Assembly: GCA_020137815.1 (NCBI GenBank) | Contig: CM035357.1 | Coordinates: forward strand, 4,092,001-4,156,000 | Source of the DNA: Hormiphora californensis | Taxonomy: Eukaryota; Animalia; Ctenophora | Length of the DNA stretch: 64,000 nucleotides | Direction of reading: 5' to 3' | Shown here: piece after piece, positions 27,792 through 42,439 of the stretch | Layout: every line of letters begins with the position of its first letter | Numbering within the stretch: position 1 is the first letter of the stretch | Program-made: the position numbers and the translations under genes | The notes under the pieces: generated by a model | What the model was told of the DNA's origin: nothing | Databases searched by the model: none | The model's input: the letters and a program-made list of their open reading frames with translations, nothing else

Positions 27792-30565
27792 TGGGAAATC
27801 GGTGTTTTGAAAAGATTGGCCATGTTACAGGCTCATAAATAGTTAATAACTCTTATTATTGATCTTATATTAGTTCTGAAACCGTTTATAGCCTTGGTGG
27901 GAAGTGTTTAGATGGTACACTAGCACCCTCGTCATCTTAAAATAAGGAAAGTAAAAATTCAGGCCACTTTGTTTATTTGGTACACACGTCTCTGTTTCTT
28001 TGAGAAATTATCGATTGGCTTAGTTTATGAGCAAGATATTTATTAGCGATACCTGAAGAGATCAGAGCATCAGAATGAACGTGTCTAATTATAATTAGCT
28101 AATTATAGAAACTCATGATTTTGGTATAATGGGATACTTTTATTTTACTGAAATGGGATACCCCATTTTACCAAATTTTAACTATCCCATTTTTCCAAAA
28201 CATGTTTTTGAAAAATGGGATACTGGAATTTTGGCTGTTTAAACGGCCATTTTAAACGCAAACTTCTCAGTTACGATTATTAATAGCCTATTTTCGTTCA
28301 TAACTCGAAAAAACTTGTATTCTCTGAAAAAATGCACCGAGTGACAACTGCAGAATACGACTACACGTGTGGATATAATTATTCAATTCTCATTAATCTA
28401 ATCTTCTATTATAGACACCAAAAGGTTTCTGGTATCCGTGTGTAGCTTTCTTAGTTTAGCAGTTACTAAATATTATCCACATTTATGTGTTAACGATCAA
28501 CTCTTTGGTCCCCAATTCTTTAGCAAATTTTAGAGAATTTCTAAATTTTGGACCTGTCTGAAATTATATACATGTAGAACCCCGCTAGGAAATGAACCTG
28601 TTCACGCTTTTACCCCTCCTGTTGAACTTAGTAGTGTAAAATGAGGCTTTAGGGACCCGTTGGTGAAGAAATTGGGTAGCTTGTTCCTAACTTTTCATGA
28701 TTTCACGGCTGCCGGCTATTATAGGGCCTTCAGACCATTTACTAATTATAAAAAAACTTAAATACCATTACAAACTAGTTTAATCCAAGCAAAGTGCAAC
28801 TTAAAGTTACCATATTTTGAGGAAAATTAATTTTGATAAAATGGGATACCAATTTTTTGACAAAATGGGATATCCCATTTTCGTTAAAAATGGGTATCCC
28901 ATTTCACCAAAATAAAATTCCACTGCAAATTTTCAAGGTAATATGGGATAGTGCCAGATCTCCGTTGTGGAGCATTCGTTGGGGTAATTTTGGTGGCAAT
29001 GTGTTAGCCTAGTCCAAATAAGACACACCCATGTAGACGGCGTGACTTTATTGTCATCTGAAAAAAAATTATGGCCAAAAGTTGTTAGGTATCCCATATT
29101 ACCTGTGGCTCCCCTAAATGGTTGAAAAACTAATGACCAATCATTTTTCCTGCAAAGCTCGGACAGTAAATATTTATTGAGCATCCTCGAGTACTATACT
29201 AGCTGCTCTGCTAGCTGCTAAAACTAGTTAGATAGAAATATAATACTCTTACCAACGAATTCAGAGAGGATTCCCTGACCGAATTTCCCAGTCATAACAT
29301 AAGCATGGCCGAATTCTCTCTCCACATCGAACCAGGAGTTGATAGTCTCATCATCCTTCATTCTACATGGGAAATATGGTGGTTTGGTTTGGTTCGACTG
29401 TACCTCGCCCTACGCCCCAGATATGGTCTTTTCATGTGAATTTGAACCCGGAGGACCGAAATAATTTCAGAATTCAAAAAAGATATGGAGAGAGTTCTCT
29501 CCTGGTTTCTGTTTTTAATAGTTAGTCTTCTGTCCATTTGTTTGAGAATTATGTGACTGTTTTTGTCTGCACGCACATGGGGTGCATTGGTTTCTTTGCT
29601 TTGCATGCCCCGAAGGGCAATGGTCAATGATCACGGCCCCTTTTATAGCTGTCACCCGGAATAGAAACTATCCTTGCATGTTTGTATCTGCAGCTGCATG
29701 CAGTGGTTTACAGATACATTCCAGGATATGGTAGGGGCTAGGGCGTGTTATTGTTAGGGCTATCTGCAAGGGTGTGTGATCGTACCAAGGTTATATATTT
29801 GGGATCAATGCACAATTTCAATGACACTATAACAGTACAATGCACGGAGAATGTTGAGTGTGAAGGGCAGAGGGCTGGTGTTTGTAGAACAAGCAATTGA
29901 ATGGTGAAGGGACATGGACCTGGATTCTGAGCTGATTGGCTTGTACAATTAGCTGCAAGACCACATAATAAGCTACTGATGTCTGATTTCGGGGTTTTAC
30001 TGGGTCTAGACAGAATCATGTGGTCTACATGTGGAAGGCAAACGTTTCCAAATGAACTAGCACCATTCATTGATGAACACACAAGCAGCAAGATCGGTCC
30101 AAGCAGCACTGAATCAAACGAAATGGTTAATGAAATCGTGAAAAACTCTCCCTGCGCGCAAGGCGGAGTCTCAAGGATCTGCGCGATGAGATTTACGGAA
30201 ACGTCTTCGCGCCCGACAAACATGCAAATCTGGAGGTGAACCCACGTCTGGAAATATCGGGGGTTGCCATGGCAACTGGGGTTGTCATGGAGACTAGTGA
30301 TGGTATATAAGTCAGGTACAGATCTTCTTGCTTATTTGATAGCCAATTTTAAGTTCTTCATCGAAAGTTGTGCATCTTCGACGGTCAAATTGAGGATCAA
30401 GTCATAAAAAGAGGGCTTCTTTTTTTCAAGTGATTAAGATAATAAGAATAAGATAATAGCATACAATAAGAGAATAACCCATGATAATAATTTATAGCAT
30501 AAGAAAAGATAATAACACATGATAAAAGAATATTTACATCGTTTACATAATTTACAGTACATAGT

Positions 30566-30710
30566 CTCTTTCTCTTTCTCTTTCTCTTTCTCTTTCTCTT
30601 TCTCTTTCTCTTTCTCTTTCTCTTTCTCTTTCTCTTTCTCTTTCTCTTTCTCTTTCTCTTTCTCTTTCTCTTTCTCTTTCTCTTTCTCTTTCTCTTTCTC
30701 TTTCTCTTTC
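30566..30710. repeat. (CTCTTT)n hexamer microsatellite
   Basis: About 24 units directly after the Kelch gene stop codon. Confidence 0.95.
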
Positions 30711-32738
30711 TCAAATAGAACATGCAGATGCACCCGCTCTACACATAAGCATATTTCCATATCGACTCCATTTGTTTTGTGCGGGGTCGTAGACCTCGAC
30801 GGTTGAGAGCCGATCCGTACAATCATAGCCACCCACCACAAACAGCCTGAGAAGAGAGTTGTTAGTTTTCCTGAACAAAATAACCTTGATATTAGATCTT
30901 ACAATTATACAATTCTCTAGGATCTAGGATTTAGGTGAAACTGGCCTGGAACTCTCTTACTTGTTGTCGAGGACGGCAGATCCTGGCCATGCCCGAACTG
31001 TGCTCATACTGGCCACTGGGAACCACCGATCAACCCGAGGCTCATAACACTCACACAACCCAAAGAAATTGCCCAACTGTCGATTTCTCCCTCCAGCAAT
31101 ATAAATCTTCCCATTGATTGTCTGAGCGGTTGCACCGGACCTCCCGATATTCAGCCCCATACAACTCCGCCACTTTCCCTCTCTGGGGTCCATTGCCTCC
31201 ATGGAGCCGTGTTGTGTGTAGTTGTTGTAGTTATCGTGTCCCCCAATGGCATACATTCGGCTCTCCACCGTTGCAGCACAAACCCCGGACCGGGTCGTGC
31301 CCATGGCAGGTGCAAGAATCCACTCGTTCTTATCCTCAACGTATGTCTCAACAGATTTGTGGCATTGCCGGCTGTTTTCTCCACCAATTGCGTACATCTT
31401 CTCTCTGCAAACTGTCACTGCTCCAAAAGATCGGGATACTAGTAGTGACTTTGCTTCCGTCCACCGGTTAAACTGTGGGCTGTACCGTTCCACCTCGGAC
31501 AGATAGAGAGTTTCGGAGCGGACGTGTGGATTTTCTCTTTCGCCTGGAGGGAAGAGAAGTTAGATTAGGAACTTTTCTGGAATATTAGACGGTATAATTG
31601 GGGGATATATTAGGTTAGGTCCAACCCCCCCCCCATGCCCAGTGTGAAATAAATTAGAATTCAAAATTAGTAAAATGGAGCAGCAACACAAACTACGGTC
31701 TCACCTCCAATACAGTAGATATGGTTGTTTAGTGCAGCCATTCCCACAGCGGTCCTCTGAGATTGCATTCCCTCCAGAAATTCCCAGTTATTGTTGGGAG
31801 AGTCGAACTTTTCCAGTGAGGAGAGGCACGCATCTCGGTTTCTCCCTCCTGTCACGTAAATAGTTTCTTCGGGAAACCACCTGAGAGAAAGGAAATCATG
31901 ATTAGCTTGAAATGTAACTGATCTGAATTCAGTTTGTGTGAGGTGTATGAACAAGAGAAACAAACCTGGGATAGGAAAGTGTATCCTCTCTCAGAGCACC
32001 AAGTAATCGCCGCTTGGAGCATCTCTTGCTAATATTCTCCAGAAATTTCTCACAATCCTCGGCCGATTCGATTTCCTGTGGCAGCCGATCCATAATTCTC
32101 TGCAGATACGCAGAGTTTGTAAAGTGAAGCAGCCGAATATTTTCCAAAATCATGATCCCATGAGCTAGTCTCTCCGGGAGGTTATGTTGGAGCCACAGAA
32201 TGGATGCATAGAATGGAACGTACTCAGATCGTACTCGGAGGAAGTCAAACTTGAGGATCTCCACGACCGCCTCGGGAGAGAGCTCCAGAAACTCTTCCTC
32301 AGCAATGACCTTAACGAAGTTGTTCATGAGGAAGTTTGTTGCGTAATCTTTCAGTTCGTCAAGAAACATGGCCGTTGAAAAAGTTCGAATGTTGATGACA
32401 TTGGTGCAGTCGATATGGGATTTTAAAAACTCTGAACACCGACGTCTCAGCTCTTCCATCTGGAGAAGTGAACTCGCTCCAACCATATCCAGAATATTCT
32501 CTTTTGTTATTGTTATTGTCCGGCAGTAAATAAAACCTAAAATTTGGCGCCATATGGCGCTCTTAATTCCCGTCAAGTGAATCTCATTGCTGGTGCTCTC
32601 TCGCATGCCCGAGGTAAACATCGCTTTGAGGTAGGGGCAGCTTGCCGCCAGCACAATCTTGTGACAGAGAAACTGTTCATTTTCGCAAACTATTGTCACG
32701 TCACTCAGCAGTCCTTCTTGTCGTAGTTCATCAAGTCC
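30711..32738 (-). CDS. BTB-BACK-Kelch (KLHL family) protein; 5' end unresolved
   Basis: Exons 32738-31966 (SDVTIVC..HKIVLAASCPYLKAMFTSGMRES, then BACK), 31880-31705, 31543-30961 and 30846-30711 with six GG...Y...W kelch repeats. Confidence 0.93.
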
Positions 32739-33637
32739 CTATACGGTGTCAAGGTTAGTGTTCGATGACATTCACTTGATAAATACCTACTTCATACTAG
32801 ATGCACCTAAAATAACAAATCATGAACAAATAAAAGCTAGAATGTGCGTGCTCACAAATATCAATCGAGAACCTGTAGATATGTTGTCGATACTGTATCT
32901 TTGTCTTTTGTCAATTTGTCAAATTTAAGGTTGAAATACTCGTCATTGTGGTTAAGGTTCATTCTGAAATGAAGTGAAAGGTGATTAAATGAAGTTGAAA
33001 TGATATTGGGCTAATATCGTGAGAACAATAAGCAATACGATTCTAGGTAATTCATTCATGATGTAATTTTCGACAAACAACCGAATGCTCGAGCACCGGA
33101 TAAGCAGATCTCAGGGAAAATGCTTGGCATCTCCTTCTTGACTAGCAATTTGACCGCAAAGTTATTTCATCAGTTATTTCATCAGTGAAATTTCAATTCC
33201 GCTGATTTTTTCAAGCGCGGCGTCATATCAGTTGCGCGCAAATAATAATTTTACAACGCGCGCTTAATTTAAAGTGCGCGCTCGATTTTTCAAACGAAAT
33301 TTCGTGAAAAAATCTTTAAAATACTTTACTTCAGGCATTTTTACTTTTGTCTTTTCAGTTTACACTTTTCTGTACAGTGTCTTGTGCACAGCAGTCTATT
33401 CTCCCAGCTCCCTGATGCTGTTAAACACTAACATATACAGTTACTCCTTTAATTCAAACTGTCGCCACCGCTATTCTCTGTTTGGCTCCTCAGACCCGAA
33501 CTGAGGCCTGAGCGCTCTAGCGAACGGTCAGATTGAGAATTTTAAAGCGATTCTGAGACTGACATATACCATATTATTAATTAAACAGAATATAGAAATA
33601 CATCTTTGCATCTAATAGGGGAATGTAGAAGACGCGA

Positions 33638-36600
33638 ATGTACTCTCTTGGAGGTGGAGAAGATGACGAACTTGACTTCACTGCTCCCTCCGGATCGGGG
33701 CTAAAGAACCTGTTTTCTGGCTCCAAAAAGCTCAGTGGAAGCCGTGAAAGTTTGAAGTTCAGTGCACCAAAGCAGCCCAAACAGGAGCCCAAAAAGGATG
33801 GAACAAATTCAGGTAAAACAACCCTGACAACCACTATTTATTATGCTCATTAGTACTAGTCCTTTTCATATGTTAATTATTTTCTCTTTTGCAGGGGTCC
33901 TGTTTGCATCGGTGTGCCACACCTACCTATCTGTGAACAACAACTTTGCAAGTCGGGGAAAACTTGGTGTTGCCATTACTGGAGCCAAAACAATCATAAT
34001 TTACGGTCAAAAACAGCGTGTTGTCTCTAGTTGCCAAATCAAAAGTGACACTAAAATTAATATCACGGCAGCAAACTTTGCCTCTTATTATGATGACCAG
34101 CAACAATGCTGGGGTGTAATGTTCGAGAAAGATTTCTCAGCATTTCTGGAACAATTTGCCGTAGCCCGGTTTTCTGCTGATCGATCACTATCAAAACAAC
34201 TTCTTGCCTTCACTCCGGCCGACAAATGTAGTGTTTCGTCAACTGACAATGTGACACTTTCTTACCGGGGGTGGATCTTTCAAAACGATAAACTCTCGCC
34301 CACTGAATTCGATTCTAACGACTGTTTCGTTGCTAGGCTTGCTGCCAGAACCATTATACCGGGGTGGGTTGAGTTACTACCTGGTTGCCTAGTAACAGGT
34401 GAGTACCTGTTCACAATACCCTAGTTGCCAGGGTTACGGTGAGAAGGGTGCCCCGCCTCGAATCCCTCCCAACTCTGACCTCGTGTTTAGGGTGAAGATA
34501 ATGGAAACTGAACACGCTGATCTTACTGACACCTCTTCGGTCGAGAGTTTCAGTACACCTGCTGTCAATAATAGCAACAACAATAAGCAGGAGATTCTGT
34601 CAAGGATGGCAGAGAATGGGTGGACAACCGGCATTTCCCACAGTCAACAATCAACAGGAATCCAGTCCTGAGAGTGATGCTAACCGATCAAGAGCATCTT
34701 CGACCGCCACTAACAAATCAGTCTTCGAGGCCGAAACGGAAATCACGATCAGACTCACAGGACAATCATCATCACCAGCAGCAGCAGCCAGTATCTCAAC
34801 CTGTCATGGGCACTCCTGGACCTCTGGTTCAGAACGGGTTTCCCTTTTGCCCCCGCCCTGACAACATCCCATCAACCGATCTACCAAGTTGCAGCAGCAC
34901 CCGCTTCCGGAGAGCTTCGAGAAACACTCGATCTCACTCGGAGTGTTTCTGGGACTGTTTCCAGTGTTGAAGATAGGTTGCGTGGGGTGGAGAGAGCCCT
35001 TGAAACGCTGTCCTCCCAAGCGGTTCTGTTCAACACCAACATCGCGACGTGCCCTAATCTTGACACACAGCTTCTAATGATGAACATTCAGAGACTGGTT
35101 AATGAGAACACCTGCCCTAAAATCTGATATAAAAAGTAAAACGATCGATTTGGAGAGTCGATCCGGGAAGATAACTGAGCTCCTGAACCGCAACCAAGAA
35201 TTGGTAAAGTTGAGAAATGAGGCGGTGGAGCAAAGTCAGAACAACTTCATGGAGAGTTCATCCCAGGCTTCGGAACAGATCAGGAAACTAGAGCAGGAGA
35301 ATGGTGATTTGAGGGGCGAGATGGCAGCCCTACGGAGTAGCACACAGGGTCGGCAGTATGAGGTAGGACATTGAGGGACGACCAAATCCGGTCACTTCGG
35401 GGGCAAATGGAGAGTGTGTATGGTGAGAATAACAAACTGCAGCAAAGTCTTTTCGAGGTTCGTTCTGAGTTGTCATCCCTGAAGTTATCCTCCTCTAACA
35501 GTCAGGAGAGTGTTCTACAGGCGGAGATGGTTAAGCTGAAGGAACGAAATCAGCTGTGTTTGATGGAGAAACTGGAGCTGTCCAACCAGCTAGAGGACCT
35601 TCAATTTAGAGAGCGACAGACCCAGCTTCGTAGCGAAAAGAAGATTTCCCAGCTTGAAGAGATGCTGAAGGAGGGAGGTGCAACTGCTCTTTTGGAGAAG
35701 TGAAAACGCTCTGCTGAGAGGAAGGGTTAGTGAGGTCGAGGGGCAGATGGAGGGATTGAGGGACGATGCAAAACAAGAAAAGGAGAATTCAGCGAGGAAA
35801 GAGCGGAGAGCTGTCGAGATGGAGAGTGATTTGCGGGAGACGATATCATCCCTGAATCAGGAAATTGATAACCTGTCATCTGATCTTGATTACATCAAAA
35901 TCTCAATGTTCTTATGTGTACCAGAAACTCGAGGAAGAGGTACGAAAACATCGTGAACGACCTCCTGAACCTGCAGCTGCTGTTGCTCCGGCATCTCCAG
36001 ACAAATCAGTTCATTGTAGGGAGGGTAAAACAAATCTTAAACGGGGTCTTCCGAGCGTTCCGGGACCAGATAGATCTGGATGAAGGATATACGGGTCGAG
36101 AGGTAATGTCAACTGCCATGGACATCATCAAAACTACCACCCTTCGATTGATTGCAGGAGGAAAGTAGTGGTAGAGGAGAGTGAGGGTGAGGAAGATAGT
36201 AGCAGCTCTGATGATGATGATGATGATAATAATGGTGATAGTGGTCCAGTAGAGTTACGAGGTGGCCATCGGGCATCCCTCAACTCCACAGAGTTTGAAA
36301 TACCCGAATCAAGTGCTGATTTCCTGAATGTTCAAACGAGTGATGATCATCATGACGTAGTGTTGGTAGGAGAAGAAGAGGGGGATCAGACACGGGATGT
36401 AGCGGATGAGAGTTTTTACTCAGCGGTATCACCCGGACAACCAGATTCGTCACCTAGGCAACCAGATTCATCACCAGGGCAACCCGTAGAACAACACGAC
36501 GGGGATCATGGGGATGATGTTGCTGTGGAACCTGAAATTGTGATACAGGTTGGTGTCTTGATTTCCCTTTTTTGTCTATTCATTTTGATCCTTGATCGTT

Positions 36601-38470
36601 ACAGATTAAGATTTTCCCATATTTCAATCACCCTATTCTCTCTCCCAGGATCCCCAACAACATCAACAACACATTAGCTCTGAAGAGTTTATAGCAAGAG
36701 AGGAGGAGGATCAATGGATGGCTGTACCCCCGCCCTCTGAGCCCCCTCCCAGTCCCCGGATCCCACCAGTGGTAGTCTCCCCCGCAGCCTCCCAGTTTGG
36801 ATTGGAAGCCACCTTTGAGACGGGCCGTGATTCGATAAGTGTTGAGGATATTGCCGATCTAAACCCTGAGGTGAGTGCGTTTGTATATATATCTATTTGT
36901 TTGCGTGTATGTGGGAGCTCAGTTGGCTTTTTGCCAGGCTGGTTCTGGTGAAAGTTTCGCCGAGCTGCCGATTATCGACCGCTCGGAAGTTAATTGTACA
37001 CATCCCTTGTTCAACCCTCTCTATCCGGAGGGTGTTAGAATGTAACAACACATGTCCACCGTTCTCTACTTTTTCGTTCCAAGTGTCCCAGTTTAGTACC
37101 CTCTACTGCATCCCTACCCACTTATAAATGGCGGGGGGGGGGGGTCCGGGAGCTAGTGTTTAGTGCGTGTCTGTCTGTATACAGCTTTTAATTTATTTTG
37201 TTTTGAAGAAAAGAGAGGTAGTTTAGTCTGCATGTGCATTCAATACATACTAGACAGTTATCAATGATACATACAGCGTTTAGCTCTCTTTTTTATGATG
37301 ACCTCTATCCCTTTATCTATCTCTATATCGCTCTCTCCTTCTATCTTTCTCTCTGAGGTACCTTCCTACAGTTTTCACTTTTTATCTTTCTTCCCCCCAT
37401 CAAAAGGTTAATCCATTCTAAGTAAAGAAATAAAACGCATGTTTAGTGTTTACAATGCTTGAACCAGAAGTAAATAGCGGAAGGGGGGATTGATATGGGG
37501 GCGGGGTGGGGCTTTGTGAGGGCAATTGTGGGTGATGTGTGGGGCACTTGTTAGGAGAGTGCTTTATTAAATGCTATAAAACCTTAGCAGTGAGATCGTT
37601 ACTTTTACTAAAGAGAGCAGAAGAGAGAATTTTACATAAACTAAGGTGAGAGTTGATGGTTCAGCTCTCTGGCAATGTTCATTGTCAATTGGTCAGCTAT
37701 TGTGTGGAGTTATATACTTTTGTCTAAGTAGTTCAGCATCTAGTCACCATAGTCATTAGTTGAGCTTGGAGAAAGCCTTGAGAGTGTCATTGGAAAGAGG
37801 GGTGAGGCCGTGGGGGTGACAGATGTAGGAGCAATGAAGTACATGAAAGAAAAAAGAGAGGTTGCATTTGCAAGAGAAAATTATGTCTTCACGATTAATA
37901 AGTTCCTTCCTGAATTCTAAGAAAGTTCATGTTTTCTTAGATTGTTTTCGTGTGTAACACCTTCTCCAAACAAAACGAGCTATACCCGGAATTAGAAAAA
38001 AAGAGAGAAAAAGATAAAAAGAACGAGAGAAAGATAGAGAAAGATAAAAAAGAAAGAAAGAGAAAGAGAGAGAAGGAGAAGAGAGTGTACATGTCTCTGG
38101 CATAATGTACGTGAATTATGCGACCATGACTCCCCTGCCTCGTGAGAGTCATACGACATGCATGAAGCGTTTAGTTTTTTAATTTTTGGAGGTTGTTACG
38201 TACTTAGCCAAAACTGTCAGAAATTTATCTCAGCAGCCGGAACCCCATCACTTATCACTTGCAAAAAAGATAAATAATTTCAATATAGCAGGGTATTGCA
38301 CCTGTACAGTGTACCTCCTCCCATTTTAACATCACTTTCCCACCTAGGTGTTTGGTGGTAGACCGAGTGAGATGACAGCAAACCCAACACCAAACTCTTC
38401 ACTTACCGGGGGTGGCCCTCCTCCCTTGTTCAGTGACAGCGAAGAAGACCTGCTCGATAACCAGTTCTAA
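33638..38470 (+). CDS. FKBP15: FKBP15/WAFL orthologue with about 9 frameshifts (likely assembly errors, otherwise a pseudogene)
   Basis: N-terminus EDDELDFTAPSG..LFS..FSAPKQPK, WH1-like region, FKBP domain (IIPGW..GYGEKGAPPRIPPNSDLVF), coiled coil, VKQILNGVF..YTGREV..IIKTTTLRL block, last exon 38348-38470 ending PPPLFSDSEED. Confidence 0.85.
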
Positions 38471-38694
38471 TTAATTGGGTCAACTATCCTGGGACACCCT
38501 TTATATTAGTGTTCTAAGTCATCCCCCCGGACATCCTCTACCGTTTTACATCGTGGTGTGATATAAAAGACAAAAGTTGTTAAATTTTCGTTTTCTGCTG
38601 TACCTCGTGAGAGAGAAAGAGAGAACTGGCGGGACTGATTTCTGTAGACAGAAGCGATAAGAAATGTATTATGTGTCATGTGTGTGTTACCCCC

Positions 38695-40031
38695 TATAGA
38701 GATTACCAAAAACCGAGGAGCTGAACCACCGTGACAACTAGCAAGACACTTTTTCGCGCCCTCCATACATGAAAGTTCACAACTAGCAGCTCAGCATTGT
38801 CACGTGACCAAAACTAGCCCTAATCATTGGTTAACCGGTGACCGTACACCCCTCTTGATTGGGTGTTGTATTACCACGTGTACATCCCCGTGATCTGTTT
38901 TTAACCAATAGAGGGACCTTCACACTTACACTTCTTACACACGTTCTGGCCCTCTAGCCGGACTCGTTCTAAAGAAGAAGCTACGGAGAAGATTCAAAAT
39001 ATTTCAATTTTCAGGAATAATAAGAAAAACTAGTAGAACTGGGGCGATCGTATTGATTGCAAATTGAGGGATCTGTGATCTGTCTCTATCTTTTTCTCAT
39101 CTCTCTCTGTATCTATGCCACTCTGTCTCCATCTCACTCTGTCTCCAACTCACTCTGTCTCCATCTCACTCTGTCTCCAACTCACTCTGTCTTCATCTCA
39201 TTCTGTCTCCAACTCACTCTGTCTCCAACTCACTCTGTCTCCAACTCACTCTGTCTCCATCTCACTTTGTCTCCATCTCATTCTCTGTCTCCAACTCACT
39301 CTGCCTCCAACTCACTCTGTCTCCAACTCACTCTGTCTCCATGCCACTCTCACTCCATCTCACTCTGTCTCCATGCCACTCTCACTCCATCTCACTCTGT
39401 CTCCATGCCACTCTCACTCCATCTCACTATGTCTCCATGCCACTCTCACTCCATCTCACTCTGTCTCCATGCCACTCTCACTCCATCTCACTCTGTCTCC
39501 ATGCCACTCTCACTCCATCTCGTTCTATCTCAAAAACTACAGCCGGATCAGAGTGGGATAGATAATGATGAAAAAACCGGAGACAGGATACTGGAGAGGG
39601 CAAAGGTGTCAGTTGTACAACAAAAGTGGTCACCTTTCCAGCCAACTAATTTCTGTTAGTTTTTGGCATGATTATGTTTAAATTTATTTAAATAAAATGC
39701 CTTATTATTCTTGATCTAAGTATATATTTTGAATCTTCTCTGCTACTTCTCTAGAATCAGACCGGCTAGCGGGCCTGAACGATGGGTGTAGGTGCGAATG
39801 TGAAAGGTCAGCGATTGGTTAAAAACATATCACGGGGATGTACACGTGGTAATACAACACCCAATCAAGGGGGGTGTGCGACCACCACTCAGCCAATGAT
39901 TAGGGCTAGTTTTAGTCACGTGACAATGTTGAGCTGCTAGGTACTGAACTTTCATGTATGGAGGGCGCGAAACGTTTTAGAGAGCCAGTTACTCCGGTGG
40001 TTCAGCTCCTTCACTTTTGGTAATCTCTATA
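38695..40031. mobile_element. Non-autonomous DNA transposon with about 300-bp TIRs and an internal CT-rich minisatellite
   Basis: TATAGAGATTACCAAAA...TTTTGGTAATCTCTATA. 19-bp and 33-bp tandem units at 39115-39520. Confidence 0.8.
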
Positions 40032-40218
40032 CTGATTTGTTCTATCGCTAAGGCACGTTTGTTTGTGTAACCATGCCTACCATTACACGTGTTTCCATGG
40101 TAACCATCGGCTGTGTTACCATGTTAACTATTGTTATGGTTACCATGGTTACCGTGATTTTGGTGGTCACATTTTCCATGTTGCCATCTTTTTATCTCTT
40201 TTTACAAAGTTTTTCTTG

Positions 40219-41958
<1,740 letters not shown>

Positions 41959-42439
41959 AGTGAAAGACTTTCACTATCCCTCAGTCTCTCGCTCTCTCCC
42001 TAGCTCTTACCCACGCTGTACACACACACACACAAACACGCATACATAACGGATGTCGCATAGATTAGTATTATCTCTGTTTCCCTCGTTCGCTCTCTTA
42101 AATAACAGTTAATATGTACGAGGCACAAAAATTCAGAAGGGGGCGATACAAATAACAAGGGCGATCCTACTATATTAACATCTCTATTAGTCTACGTCTG
42201 TGAGGTGAAATAATATCACCATCGACTCATTCTAATTGTCTCTATTTGTGGTCAATAACGTTAAGAATAATTAAATAGCAGTGCTACTTATGAATACACA
42301 CAGTGTACATTATTAGGCACAAAATTGGAGCACAATTCATATATATATGTATATCTCTAGATCTCTGTAATATATTACCATTTTATATATCATCATTATA
42401 CATATCATCACAATTATCTGATATTAGAATCACGTAACA

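Larger units (their letters stand above)
26074..29114. mobile_element. TA-flanked MITE interrupted by a Penelope-like element
   Basis: TIR GGGGAGCCACAGGTAATATGGGA...CCCATATTACCTGTGGCTCCCC, TA TSD, internal AAAATGGGATA repeats. Confidence 0.85.
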
